64,000 bases of DNA from Obrimoposthia wandeli (lineage: Eukaryota). The DNA lies in assembly GCA_977020255.1 (NCBI GenBank), contig CDROCS010001382.1, positions 868,001-932,000 on the forward strand, written 5' to 3'. The notes under the pieces were generated by a model that was given only the letters and a program-made list of their open reading frames with translations, made no database searches and had not been told where the DNA came from. The position numbers and the translations under genes are program-made. This document shows, one piece after another, positions 63,620-64,000 of this stretch (position 1 is its first letter; every line of letters starts with the position of its first letter).

Positions 63620-64000
63620 CTGTTTGTTAATATTATAAATTTGAAAAATTAATTTATTTTACAATAGCTAGAATTAAACTTTTAAAATGTGTCGAAAATT
63701 TTGACCACTTCTTAGTTTTAAATTTTCATATATAATTAAATATTAATACAATTTAGTCTATATTACTGAACTTAATAAATACGTGTTATTTCTCTAGACA
63801 TAATATTTGCTAATCATCTTAAAATCAAAAATAAATAAAATTAATGAATGTTTTTTGAATTATTCTGAATTTCTTCAGAAAATAAATCTCAGACAGAAAT
63901 AATCCTTTTCGGGTGTGATCATTTGTTATTTGTGCAAATTACTTGAGAATTGTTGATATTGAGATTTAAAAGAAATATGATAGCTTCTTTAGATTGAAAT

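Overview
AT-rich intron-containing animal genome; composition and repeats fit a triclad flatworm, but this cannot be proven from the window. The first third (1729-22624) is a young 20.9-kb Ty3/Gypsy-type LTR element with TG..CA LTRs, a 4-bp CTCT target-site duplication and a PBS resembling elongator tRNA-Met. Repairing two 1-nt indels and four in-frame TAA stops gives one ~4,714-aa polyprotein. Its order is Gag - Arg-rich region - Bcl-2-like domain - signal peptide - chuvirus-like class III glycoprotein - protease 1 - BIR-BIR-UBA-RING (an IAP) - protease 2 - RT - RNase H - integrase - three repeats of an IPT/TIG-like domain - dual-specificity phosphatase plus a dead copy - three predicted membrane-protein modules. 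Three small RING-H2-type ORFs follow, each with a splice acceptor 0-2 nt before its ATG, and both LTRs carry a 45-nt intron. The rest of the window holds a complete 12-exon HPD gene (-), a 3-exon DDAH-like gene lacking its catalytic Cys and His (+), the 3' exons of an unidentified gene (-), an intronless double-RING gene (-), a probable solo LTR of a related family, a degenerate hammerhead-like motif and many decayed transposons. Domain calls come from motif recognition by eye; no searches were run.
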